Positions 20,880 to 34,077 of a DNA stretch of 64,000 nucleotides are shown one piece after another (position 1 is the stretch's first letter; each line of letters opens with the position of its first letter). A model generated the notes under the pieces. It saw only the letters and a list, made by a program, of their open reading frames with translations. It searched no databases and was not told the origin of the DNA. The stretch is from assembly GCA_965218095.1 (NCBI GenBank), contig OZ244587.1, forward strand, positions 1,344,001 through 1,408,000, read 5' to 3'. This stretch comes from Candidatus Poribacteria bacterium (lineage in GTDB: Bacteria; Poribacteria; WGA-4E; PCPOR2b). The translations under genes were made by a program, and so were the position numbers.

Positions 20880-21470
20880 CTAATTTAATCGAGCAAGAGC
20901 AAATCGAATCAACTCTTCCCGTTTTGCTACAGGTCCTAAGATTTTCTGCGCTTCTGTAATTGCTCGCTCTGCAGCAAACTCAGAAGCTCCCAAACCAACC
21001 AAAACCTTCACGCCCTCGTCCGTATACTTTTGAATCTCACCTGCATCAACTTTGGCATCAAATTGAATTTTACGAATTGTGTTCTTGAGTTTGATGATGA
21101 TGAGTTGTGCTAGTTCTTTATTAAGGCGCGGTACTCGCATCAAAGTGGTGTGATCGCCATCACGGACAGCACGTTGAAATTCGGCAGGAGAGAGTTTTGA
21201 CACAATATTTAACGCTAAGGCGGGACCAACCCCTTTTACCATGAGGGCTGTTTCAAAGACTTTGAGTTCATCCCTTGACGTGAACCCATAAAGCTTGACT
21301 TCGTTCTCTCGACAGTGATAATACGTGTAAAATGTGATTTCGGATCCAATTTCTGGCAACTTATCTTTTGTGCTCGGCGGAACCTCAACACTGTATCCGA
21401 CTCCATTGACATCAATAACAGCTTGCTTTGAATCCTTAATCGCTAAGACGCCCTTTACGAACGAAATCAT
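20880..21470 (-). CDS. ruvA: Holliday junction branch migration protein RuvA
   Basis: IDVNGVGY, LYGF, VKGVGP; located between ruvC and ruvB. Confidence 0.93.
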   Translation of the reverse strand: MISFVKGVLAIKDSKQAVIDVNGVGYSVEVPPSTKDKLPEIGSEITFYTYYHCRENEVKLYGFTSRDELKVFETALMVKGVGPALALNIVSKLSPAEFQRAVRDGDHTTLMRVPRLNKELAQLIIIKLKNTIRKIQFDAKVDAGEIQKYTDEGVKVLVGLGASEFAAERAITEAQKILGPVAKREELIRFALARLN

Positions 21471-21970
21471 GAATTTTTGTACCTTTCGCGCAATTGTAGC
21501 ACTTTATGGGAACGTGCGTGACAAATTGCTAGGGCAAGCGCATCCGCCGCATGATCGGGTTGGGGAATCTCATTAAGCTTGAGCAAGATCTTAACCATTT
21601 CCTGGACCTGGCGTTTACTGGCTTTACCGTATCCAACAACCGCTTGCTTAACCTGGGCTGGCGGATAACTATAGACTTGCCGATTTGTATTTGCAGCTAC
21701 CAGTTTAGTGATGCCTCTTGTCTCTCCCACAGCAAACGCGCTGCTTACATTCTTGCTAAAAAAGACGTCCTCAAGTACAAATAAATCCGGTTGGTGTTGA
21801 GAGACTAACTGACTCAGTTTGTCATAGATGATTTTCAAACGATAAGCGGATTCTTCCTTTGATTCTGTCCGAATGGATCCAAAATCAAGGACTGATAGTG
21901 TCGAGTGATCGACTTTAATGAAGCCATAGCCGGTATGTGCAATTCCGGGGTCTATTCCAAGAATAATCAT
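21467..21970 (-). CDS. ruvC: Crossover junction endodeoxyribonuclease RuvC
   Basis: ILGIDPG, VKQAVVGYGKASK.QV, DHAADALALAICH. Confidence 0.96.
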   Translation of the reverse strand: MIILGIDPGIAHTGYGFIKVDHSTLSVLDFGSIRTESKEESAYRLKIIYDKLSQLVSQHQPDLFVLEDVFFSKNVSSAFAVGETRGITKLVAANTNRQVYSYPPAQVKQAVVGYGKASKRQVQEMVKILLKLNEIPQPDHAADALALAICHARSHKVLQLRERYKNS

Positions 21971-21984
21971 TCTCAAGCAATAAA

Positions 21985-22731
21985 TTAGGCTGCCGCTTCT
22001 AAGATCTCGTCGGGGATGTCGAAGTTCGCATAAACTTTTTGTACGTCGTCACTATCTTCTAAAGCTTCCATCAACCGCAGCATCCGCCCAGCTTCCTTAC
22101 CTTCTAATTTCACTGTATTTTGAGGAAACATGGTGATTTCGGCATCAAGAATCATTGCGCCGGATGCTTCAACGGCTTCTCTTACTGCATCAAAGTTGTC
22201 AGTAGAAGTGATAATTTCAATACGATCATCCAGGGACGTTATGTCACCTGCTCCCGATTCGACAGCAATCATAAAAAGCTCATCTTCATCAATACTATCT
22301 TTTTCGACAACAATCAATCCGCCCTTATCAAACAGCCATGAGACGCAACCTCGTGCGCCCATATTCCCTCCATGTTTGCTCAAAATATGTCTCACATCAG
22401 CAATTGCTCGATTTTTGTTGTCGGTCAAGACCTCAATCATGATTGCGACCCCACCGGGGCCATATCCTTCATACAGGACTTCTTCATAATCCACGCCATC
22501 AAGTTCGCCAGTCCCGCGTAAAATTGCTTTTTCAATTGTGTCATTCGACACATTCTTTGATTTTGCAGCTAACGCTGCAGTCCTCAAACGCGGATTTATT
22601 TCGGTATCGGCGCCACCGATTCGTGCCGCAACAGTGATCTCTTTAATTAATTTCCCGAAGAGCTTTCCACGTTTGGCATCAACAGCAGCCTTACGGTGTT
22701 TAATTGACGACCATTTAGAATGACCTGACAT
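21985..22731 (-). CDS. yebC: YebC/PmpR family protein
   Basis: MSGHSKWSSIKHRK, YEGYGPGGVA, TDNKNR, DDVQKVYAN. Confidence 0.95.
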   Translation of the reverse strand: MSGHSKWSSIKHRKAAVDAKRGKLFGKLIKEITVAARIGGADTEINPRLRTAALAAKSKNVSNDTIEKAILRGTGELDGVDYEEVLYEGYGPGGVAIMIEVLTDNKNRAIADVRHILSKHGGNMGARGCVSWLFDKGGLIVVEKDSIDEDELFMIAVESGAGDITSLDDRIEIITSTDNFDAVREAVEASGAMILDAEITMFPQNTVKLEGKEAGRMLRLMEALEDSDDVQKVYANFDIPDEILEAAA

Positions 22732-22832
22732 TTGTTCCTCCCTGATTCATATAGTCTTGCCTATTTTAGCATACGGGCAAAGGAGATGCAAGAAAATCGT
22801 TTCGCTGTTTATAAAAGACTTGCCTCAACATG

Positions 22833-22860
22833 AAAAAAGCCCCGATCTAAGGATCGGGGC
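22833..22860 (-). terminator. Rho-independent terminator of the rRNA operon
   Basis: Minus strand GCCCCGATC-ctta-GATCGGGGC followed by TTTTTT, immediately after the 5S gene. Confidence 0.85.
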
Positions 22861-22870
22861 CAATTTAAGT

Positions 22871-22989
22871 TTCCCGGCAGCGACCTACTTTCCCACGAAG
22901 TTACCCTCGAAGTATCATCAGCGCTGAAGGGCTTAACTGCCGTGTTCGGAATGAGTACGGGTGTTTCCCCTTCGCTATTGCCACCGGAA
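22871..22989 (-). rRNA. rrf: 5S rRNA
   Basis: Minus strand ..CCGGTGGCAATAGCG..CACCCG.ACTCATTCCGAAC..GAAAGTAGGTCGCTGCCGG; ends approximate. Confidence 0.95.
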
Positions 22990-23065
22990 AAATATGCTAA
23001 ATTCTTCCAAAAGAAATATATTTGACAATTATATAGATTTGAATATGACAGCTATATGTAATTAA

Positions 23066-26084
<3,019 letters not shown>

Positions 26085-26149
26085 AGTTCTTTAGAAGCCG
26101 ATAATTCAAATCTATACAATTGTCAAAGATCTAAAGCTGTCATGCTTAG

Positions 26150-26223
26150 TGGAGATGAGCGGAGTCGAACCGCTGGCCTCCCCGTTGCAAACGGGGTGCT
26201 CTCCCAAACTGAGCTACACCCCC
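26150..26223 (-). tRNA. tRNA-Ala(TGC)
   Basis: GGGGGTGTAGCTCAG...CCCCG-TT-TGC-AA-CGGGG...GGTTCGACTCC...CATCTCCA; G3:U70 pair; CCA not encoded. Confidence 0.95.
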
Positions 26224-26232
26224 ACATAGAGA

Positions 26233-26309
26233 TGGTAGGCTTATCTGGAATCGAACCAGAGACCTCGCGCTTATCAGGCGCGCGCTCTAACCACCTGAGC
26301 TATAAGCCC
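26233..26309 (-). tRNA. tRNA-Ile(GAT)
   Basis: GGGCTTATAGCTCAGGTGGTTAGAGCG..CT-GAT-AA..GGTTCGATTCC..TAAGCCTACCA. Confidence 0.96.
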
Positions 26310-26413
26310 CTATAATAAATTAAAGATGCTTGCTAGAAAGCTAAATAGAATTCTGACATGTACATCAACGAGCGTGGGTATATCAATTTCGCTTAAAAGC
26401 TATATACCCTGCA

Positions 26414-27993
<1,580 letters not shown>

Positions 27994-28115
27994 AGTCATG
28001 AAAAAACTTGCTAATCGCTATGGATTAACAAGAAATTCTAAGTTGACAAGAGGGCTTATAAAACAAGCCCTAAAACACACTAAAAACAGCAACACATGTC
28101 AAAAAACTATTTAGC

Positions 28116-28187
28116 TTTCAAAGAGCATCTTTTGACCTCCTTAACGGAGGCAAGCGGAATTATAACATACGATTTTCACCCTGTCAA
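28116..28187 (-). promoter_or_regulatory. rRNA operon promoter and boxA antitermination site
   Basis: Minus strand TTGACA(28187-28182)-17 nt-TATAAT(28164-28159); boxA TGCTCTTTGAAA at 28127-28116. Confidence 0.85.
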
Positions 28188-28214
28188 GAGAAAATGGAGA
28201 CTTTTCCTTCCATT

Positions 28215-28508
28215 TTAATGCAAATCTTGTGTGGCACGACTGGGTAAGCCGCCGCTAATCGCCGGTAGGAAATGAATTTCCGTTTCTTCGTTCACAGGTT
28301 TACGCATCCCTTCCCGTGAAATGACGCCGTCAACGTATACCGAAATGCCTCGACGAATTCGATCGCCATCACAGAGCCGATCTTTGAAGCCGGGATAGGA
28401 CGCCTCCAGATTATCAACAACTTGTCGCAACGTTGTTCCTTCCACGACGACTTTATCCGTACCATTTGTGAGTTTCTGCATAAGCGGAGGAATTGCTACC
28501 GTTGGCAT
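28215..28508 (-). CDS. MoaD/ThiS family sulfur carrier-like protein
   Basis: MPTVAIPPLM..VEG.T...V...LE..YPG...EIHFLPAISGG followed by a 10 aa extension. Confidence 0.85.
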   Translation of the reverse strand: MPTVAIPPLMQKLTNGTDKVVVEGTTLRQVVDNLEASYPGFKDRLCDGDRIRRGISVYVDGVISREGMRKPVNEETEIHFLPAISGGLPSRATQDLH

Positions 28509-28541
28509 GGAACTAAATCACCTTCCGTGAATTCATGCTTA

Positions 28542-28676
28542 GAACCTGTTTGAAAATTCGTAGCCTCAATTCCTGCAACCGCTACGGCGTATACATTCTT
28601 GCGTTTTATCGCGGAAAGGAATTCCTCGAAGGGATGCAACCTTTATGCGGTTTCAGTGCAATTTTAAAACAGGCTC
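28542..28676. mobile_element. MITE (135 bp) with TTA target duplication
   Basis: Ends GAACCTGTTTGAAAATT and AATTTTAAAACAGGCTC (15/17 inverted match), TTA on both sides. Confidence 0.7.
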
Positions 28677-28688
28677 TTAATGTCAGTG

Positions 28689-28729
28689 AATCAGGAATAC
28701 AGGCTGTAGAAAATCCTGTATCCCTGATT
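28689..28729. repeat. Intergenic hairpin (REP/terminator-like)
   Basis: AATCAGGAATACAGG-loop-CCTGTATCCCTGATT. Confidence 0.55.
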
Positions 28730-28741
28730 GTGAAAAGATGT

Positions 28742-30997
28742 TTAGATCTTCCCCATTGCTTTGAGGATACGCCCCGGTGACATCGGAAGTTCTTTCATCC
28801 GAACACCGACTGCGCGATAAATTGCATTCGCAATGGCGGCTGGTGGTGCGACGATTGGCGTTTCTCCGACACCCCTGACGCCATAGGGATGGCCGGGGTT
28901 AGGAACTTCAACAATCACCGCATCAATCATCGGCAGGTCAAGACAGGTGGGTATACGGTAATCGAGGAAACTCGCATTGGTCATCTCACCTTTTTCGTTG
29001 TAAATGTATTCTTCGTTTAGCGCCCAACCGATGCCTTGAACCGCCCCACCCTGCATCTGTCCTTCTACATAGCTTGGGTGGACAGCTTTGCCAGCATCTT
29101 GGGCCGTCGTATAGCGCAGGATTTGGACCTTGCCGGTGTCCGGATCGACCTCGACATCAACGAGGTGCGTGCCAATCGAGGGGCCAGGTTGGTTTGGATC
29201 GGCGGAGGCACGTCCAACAATTGGTCCGCCGGTCTCATCAAGCTTTCCTGCCAAACCTTTGAAGTCGATCTCCTCCTCTTTGCCGTTGACGCACCGAAAT
29301 AGGCCGTCGGCAAATTCCACTTCACCCGTATCAACTTCCCACAGTTTCGCTGCGCGCTCGATTAGCTGTCGTTTGACATCTTGAGCGGCTTCATAAGCGG
29401 CATATCCTGTCGCAAACGCAGTGCGGCTTCCTCCCGTCACATCCGTATAACCAACTGAATTGGTGTCAACCACAGTGGGCGTAACCGACTCGGCAGAAAT
29501 ACCTAGAACTTCCGCGGCTTGCATTGCAATCGATGCACGGGTGCCACCGATATCTGTCGAACCCTCGACAAGGCTTATCGTCCCATCGGGATTCACGTTA
29601 ATCGAGACGCTCGATTTTAGGCCAAAGTTGGGCCAGAAACCGGAAGCAACCCCACGCCCTCTATTCTTCCCTTCAAGCGGCGCTGAGTAGTGTGGATGTT
29701 CCTTCGTCGCTTCAACCGTTTCGATGAAACCAACGCGTGGAAGTACGGGACCATCGACGCGAGTATCTCCCTCTTTTGCGCTATTGAGGATTCGGAATTC
29801 GAGGGGGTCTATCTCAAGTTTCTCACAGATCTCGTCAATGATAGTTTCGACGGCGAATGCGGCGTTTGTCGCACCGGGTGCCCGATATGCAGAGGTTTTC
29901 GGCTTATTGACGACAACATCGTATCCATCAACGAGCGCGTTTTCGATATTGTAACACGAGTAAATACACATCGCTCCAGCACCAACGGGTGAGCCTGGAT
30001 ACGCCCCCGCTTCATAAGCTAGGTAGCCTTCCGCAGCGGTAATGCGGCCCGCTTTGTTCGCGCCGATCTTCACCCGCACGTAGGAGCCGGGCGTCGGACC
30101 GGTGCCCTCAAAAACATCTGCCCGACTCATTAAGACCTTGACCGGTTTTCCCGTTTTCATGGAAAGTATGGCAGCAATAGGCTTAATGTAAACTTGGATC
30201 TTCCCACCAAAGCCACCGCCAATCTCCATCGGGACGACCTTAATCTTTGAAACCGGCATCTGAAGAATTTTTGACGTCTGTTCTCGAACAGTGAATGCAC
30301 CTTGTGTACTACACCAGATTGTGAGTTGTCCATCGGGATTGTACAGCGCAGTCGCATTGTGGGGCTCGATATAGCCTTGGTGCACGGTCTCTGTCGTGAA
30401 CTCATCCTCAATGACAACATCGGCTTCCGCAAAGCCTTTGTCGAGGTCTCCCTTCTTGTGCTGGAAGTGGCTCGCGATGTTGCTCGGCGTTTCGGATTTT
30501 TCCCCCATTTCATCAGTTCTCAGGTCCTCGTGCAAGAGGGGGGCGCCTTCCTTCATTGCTGCGCGCACATCAACTACCGGCGGCAGCACTTCATAGTCAA
30601 CATCGATCAGTTCAAGCGCTTCTTCAGCGGTATGGGGGTCAATCGCTGCAACCGCTGCAACCTGATGCCCTTTGTAGAGGACTTTATCGCTTGCCAGTAC
30701 GTTATCCTGAAGGTGTTTCAGGGTGACCGCTCCCTCTCCGAGGTCAACAATTGTGTCTCCGGCGCCAGGAAAATCTTTAGCAGTTACAACCCCTTTCACA
30801 CCTGGATAGGCTTCAGCGCGGCTGGTATCGATCGATTTAATCCGCGCGTGCGCGTGGGGACTGCGCAGGACTCTGCCGTGTAGCAATCCCACAATTTGAA
30901 AATCGGCGCCGTAGAGGGCGCGACCAGTGACCTTATCAACACCATCGTGACGAATGGGACGAGTCCCAACGACTTTGTATTCTTTCTTGTCTGCCAT
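28742..30997 (-). CDS. Xanthine dehydrogenase family molybdopterin-binding subunit
   Basis: DKVTGRA.YGAD, LRSPHAHARI, IGGGFGGK, active-site loop AYRAPG, VEGQMQGG, RGVGE. Confidence 0.92.
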   Translation of the reverse strand: MADKKEYKVVGTRPIRHDGVDKVTGRALYGADFQIVGLLHGRVLRSPHAHARIKSIDTSRAEAYPGVKGVVTAKDFPGAGDTIVDLGEGAVTLKHLQDNVLASDKVLYKGHQVAAVAAIDPHTAEEALELIDVDYEVLPPVVDVRAAMKEGAPLLHEDLRTDEMGEKSETPSNIASHFQHKKGDLDKGFAEADVVIEDEFTTETVHQGYIEPHNATALYNPDGQLTIWCSTQGAFTVREQTSKILQMPVSKIKVVPMEIGGGFGGKIQVYIKPIAAILSMKTGKPVKVLMSRADVFEGTGPTPGSYVRVKIGANKAGRITAAEGYLAYEAGAYPGSPVGAGAMCIYSCYNIENALVDGYDVVVNKPKTSAYRAPGATNAAFAVETIIDEICEKLEIDPLEFRILNSAKEGDTRVDGPVLPRVGFIETVEATKEHPHYSAPLEGKNRGRGVASGFWPNFGLKSSVSINVNPDGTISLVEGSTDIGGTRASIAMQAAEVLGISAESVTPTVVDTNSVGYTDVTGGSRTAFATGYAAYEAAQDVKRQLIERAAKLWEVDTGEVEFADGLFRCVNGKEEEIDFKGLAGKLDETGGPIVGRASADPNQPGPSIGTHLVDVEVDPDTGKVQILRYTTAQDAGKAVHPSYVEGQMQGGAVQGIGWALNEEYIYNEKGEMTNASFLDYRIPTCLDLPMIDAVIVEVPNPGHPYGVRGVGETPIVAPPAAIANAIYRAVGVRMKELPMSPGRILKAMGKI

Positions 30998-31485
30998 TAT
31001 GCACTTACCTCCGATGACATGATTTGAGCCGCATCTTGTACAGCACGGACAATCTTATCGTATCCAGTACAGCGACACAAATTGCCCGCCAGCCAATAGC
31101 GGATTTCGTGTTCAGTTGGGTTCGGGTTTTTATCCAACAGCGCCTTTGCAGCCACGATAAAGCCGGGCGTGCAGACACCACACTGGAGTGCAGCGTTTTC
31201 TAAGAACGCATCTTGGATCGGATGGAGCTTGTCTGGTTCGGCGAGACCTTCAACCGTTTCTAGCTCTTTGCCTTCAATCTCAGCGCCGAGTACCAGACAC
31301 GAATTGACCAAGCGTCCATCAAGAATCACGCTGCAGGCGCCACAGTTGCCATTGTTACAGCCTTCTTTGGCGCCCGTCAAATAAAGTACATCTCGCAAGA
31401 CTTCAAGCAGGCTCTGGCGAGGTTCGCACAAAAATTCAACTGCTTCGCCATTAATTGTTGTTTGAACGTGGATTTTTCCAGGCAT
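30997..31485 (-). CDS. (2Fe-2S) subunit of the xanthine dehydrogenase family enzyme
   Basis: GCNNGNCGAC...C, QCGVCTPG, GNLCRCTGY. Confidence 0.93.
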   Translation of the reverse strand: MPGKIHVQTTINGEAVEFLCEPRQSLLEVLRDVLYLTGAKEGCNNGNCGACSVILDGRLVNSCLVLGAEIEGKELETVEGLAEPDKLHPIQDAFLENAALQCGVCTPGFIVAAKALLDKNPNPTEHEIRYWLAGNLCRCTGYDKIVRAVQDAAQIMSSEVSA

Positions 31486-31491
31486 CTATTT

Positions 31492-32370
31492 TTATGCCTC
31501 CTTCACTCTTTGAATTGCACCGTTTAAGGCGCGACGTGTCAACACACCGACAAGATGCGTTCTTTGTTCCGCCGTTCCACGCATATCACTGATTGGACGC
31601 GCAATAGCCTGCGCCGCTTCAGCAGCACTGTTGATCGCTTCATCGGAAACTTCCTTTCCAGCAAGCGATGCGCCGGCTTCTTCAGCAAACAGCGGTGTTG
31701 GCGCGACAGCGGCAAGCGAGATTCGTGCCGAAACAAACGATGTTTTCGCGTCGTCCAGAACGACTGCCGCACCGGCGCCGACAACAGCAATGTCCATTTC
31801 ATTGCGTGGGATAAAACGGAGGTAATAAGAACTTGAATTTTTCTGCGGTGGGGGAACTTTGAATGATACGAGAAATTCTCCCCTTTCCAGGACAGTTTGC
31901 CCCGGTCCCGTGCAGAACTGCTCTACAGAGACTTCGCGCGGCGATCCATTTGGGCCGGCAATGACACAAATGGCTCCCAGCACTATCAACGGCGGTATCG
32001 TATCCGCAGCGGGAGAGGCATTACACAGATTACCGCCAACACTTGCCCTACCTTGAATTCCGGTACCACCAATAATCTTAGCAGCATCAATCAGTCCAGG
32101 GTATGCGGCAGAGATTGCATCGTCCGCATAGATTTTATAACAGGGAACAGCCGCACCGAGGCTTAAACCGGTGTCAGGGGAATATGAAAGCACGTTGGTT
32201 TCAGAGAGGTCTTTGATGTCTACCATCCGTTCCAACTGCCGCCGGTTCTCCCGAACCATAACGATGAGATCTGTTCCGCCGGCCAAGGGCTTTGCTTGAT
32301 CGCCTTTTTCGGCGAGCAAGGAGGCCGCTTCAGCTACGGTTTTTGCGGGAACATATTCAAACGCTCGCAA
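31492..32370 (-). CDS. FAD-binding subunit of the xanthine dehydrogenase family enzyme
   Basis: LAGGTDL, ASVGGNLCNASPAAD, PISDMRGT. Confidence 0.93.
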   Translation of the reverse strand: MRAFEYVPAKTVAEAASLLAEKGDQAKPLAGGTDLIVMVRENRRQLERMVDIKDLSETNVLSYSPDTGLSLGAAVPCYKIYADDAISAAYPGLIDAAKIIGGTGIQGRASVGGNLCNASPAADTIPPLIVLGAICVIAGPNGSPREVSVEQFCTGPGQTVLERGEFLVSFKVPPPQKNSSSYYLRFIPRNEMDIAVVGAGAAVVLDDAKTSFVSARISLAAVAPTPLFAEEAGASLAGKEVSDEAINSAAEAAQAIARPISDMRGTAEQRTHLVGVLTRRALNGAIQRVKEA

Positions 32371-32580
32371 AGCATCAATCTCCTTTCAAGATGAGAGGGG
32401 TTACTCGCCAAGCTTCACAGCCTTACATGAACATCTCCAAAAACTTGGCAAATGTTTATTACACACTTTATCTTAATCGAAAGCATCGGAAATGTCAACC
32501 GAAAAGATCTCTACCCCGCTCGGGGAAACTTTTAATCCAGGGCGAGGCATTAAAAAAAGGGAATTATATCGAATAGTGCC

Positions 32581-32640
32581 ATTTATTTGGCATTTAGAAT
32601 GCCAAATAAATTTGACACTATAGCAGTAGTTTGGTATCAT
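32581..32640 (+). promoter_or_regulatory. Element-borne sigma70 promoter with an adjacent perfect palindrome
   Basis: ATTTATTTGGCATT-tag-AATGCCAAATAAAT (32581-32611) abuts TTGACA(32612)-17 nt-TATCAT(32635). Confidence 0.8.
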
Positions 32641-32677
32641 CGCACCAAATGTGTCAATGTACATAGGGAGGTCTAAA

Positions 32678-32770
32678 ATGGATGCGAAAATTAGAGCAGA
32701 ACTTGATGAAATTCGTGAGATGTTAGCCGAAGCAGCTAGACTTTTTCTACGAAAATTGGGTACAATATAA
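32678..32770 (+). CDS. Leader small protein (30 aa, amphipathic helix), possibly truncated
   Basis: GGAGG RBS; MDAKIRAELDEIREMLAEAARLFLRKLGTI; first 20 codons repeated at 35686. Confidence 0.5.
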   Translation: MDAKIRAELDEIREMLAEAARLFLRKLGTI

Positions 32771-32803
32771 GCACCAAACCCTTATCTACACGGAGGATCT
32801 ACG

Positions 32804-33049
32804 ATGGTTACTTGGATTCCAAGTCTGGTGACGAGTGGTATCGTGGTTATTGTTACAGTTGGATCAGTAATTATTTCTATGCGGATTCAACTTGCTAAAT
32901 TAGAATCTAAGTTTGATACTAAGTTTGAATCTGTAGAGAAAGACATTAACAGATTAGAAGCAAAGATTGATGGTATCAACCAGACATTAGGTGCTAAGAT
33001 TGATAACGTTAATCAACACATTGACCGTCATCTTGAGAATCATTCCTAA
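32804..33049 (+). CDS. Small N-terminal TM plus coiled-coil protein ending HLENHS
   Basis: GGAGG RBS in junction motif; hydrophobic residues about 4-25, then heptad repeats. Confidence 0.75.
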   Translation: MVTWIPSLVTSGIVVIVTVGSVIISMRIQLAKLESKFDTKFESVEKDINRLEAKIDGINQTLGAKIDNVNQHIDRHLENHS

Positions 33050-33066
33050 CCTACGGAGGATTTACC

Positions 33067-33246
33067 ATGACTAGCCCTCAAATTCTGATGGCGTTGATTC
33101 TGCTCATCTTGAATGGCGTAATCACTGTCGTAGCCGTTCTTACCTTCACCAGAGGACTGGCTACTAAAGATGATATTAACCGGATAGAAAGGAAACTCGA
33201 AGCACTTAACCAGAATTTCATTGACCATCTGAAAGGACACGCTTAA
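33067..33246 (+). CDS. Small N-terminal TM plus coiled-coil protein ending HLKGHA (59 aa, below ORF-track cutoff)
   Basis: MTSPQILMALILLILNGVITVVAVLTFTRGLATKDDINRIERKLEALNQNFIDHLKGHA; flanked by junction motifs; paralogous fragment at 15902. Confidence 0.75.
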   Translation: MTSPQILMALILLILNGVITVVAVLTFTRGLATKDDINRIERKLEALNQNFIDHLKGHA

Positions 33247-33263
33247 CCTACGGAGGATCTATC

Positions 33264-34016
33264 ATGAAATGCACCATGTCGGTTTCGATCCCGATCTTAT
33301 CGGGGCTCGTTTTGACAATTTTGTTTGTTTTCCCTGTTCTTACATTCTCGGAACTTACCGAGAAAGACTTAGAGAAAATCCGAAAAATCGTTCAATCTGA
33401 AGTGAATACCATCAAGCAAGACATAACAGAAGTTGAACTCCGATTAATTGAGAAGATACGTGAATCGGAGAATCGGCTTCAAACACAATTTAATCAATCA
33501 CTGGATAACCGAACCAACAGTATCATGATTATCTTTGCTGTCGTTTCTATGGGGTTCTTCCTTCTGTTCGGTTGCATTCTACTGGTCGGTGCATTACGAA
33601 ACCGTCAGCCTAACAAGAAACTCATCATCCTTATGGTGGTTAGCCTCGCCGGTGTAATGCTTTGCCGCATCCCTTCGCTCAATGCCCAAAAGGATAGGTT
33701 TGGTGAGGACATTGTTTGTAGAAGTTTAACTGTTATTGATGACGAAGGCAAAAATGCGATTGTCTTAGAAAGTAATGAAGATGAGAAATCAAATCAGATT
33801 ATCATTTATGAACCACATCAAAAACGTGCAAATGTTGCTGGGATAAATAAGGAGCCTGAAAACTGGAAAAAAGAGGCAATTAGATTAGAGGCTAAAAAAG
33901 ATTATTCTTGGTTTTCTGTCCAAGATAGGGAAGATCCTAGCTACGCGGCGTTTTGGATTTTTAGTGATAAAGACTACAATTATTCATCACGGCGGATACG
34001 TGGAAAAGCAGAGTAG
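33264..34016 (+). CDS. Membrane protein with conserved N-terminus and variable C-terminus (paralog of 16053-16970)
   Basis: Signal/TM, coiled coil and two further hydrophobic helices; diverges from its paralog after DIVC..LTV. Confidence 0.8.
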   Translation: MKCTMSVSIPILSGLVLTILFVFPVLTFSELTEKDLEKIRKIVQSEVNTIKQDITEVELRLIEKIRESENRLQTQFNQSLDNRTNSIMIIFAVVSMGFFLLFGCILLVGALRNRQPNKKLIILMVVSLAGVMLCRIPSLNAQKDRFGEDIVCRSLTVIDDEGKNAIVLESNEDEKSNQIIIYEPHQKRANVAGINKEPENWKKEAIRLEAKKDYSWFSVQDREDPSYAAFWIFSDKDYNYSSRRIRGKAE

Positions 34017-34077
34017 CAGATTGGTAAGGAGAATCACTTAAAAGCCTGAAAGACTAACCTATAGGAGGTTTTGAAAA

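Noticed and set aside
28742-30997. Aerobic carbon monoxide dehydrogenase CoxL
   Set aside because: It lacks the AYxCSFR signature and has AYRAPG instead.
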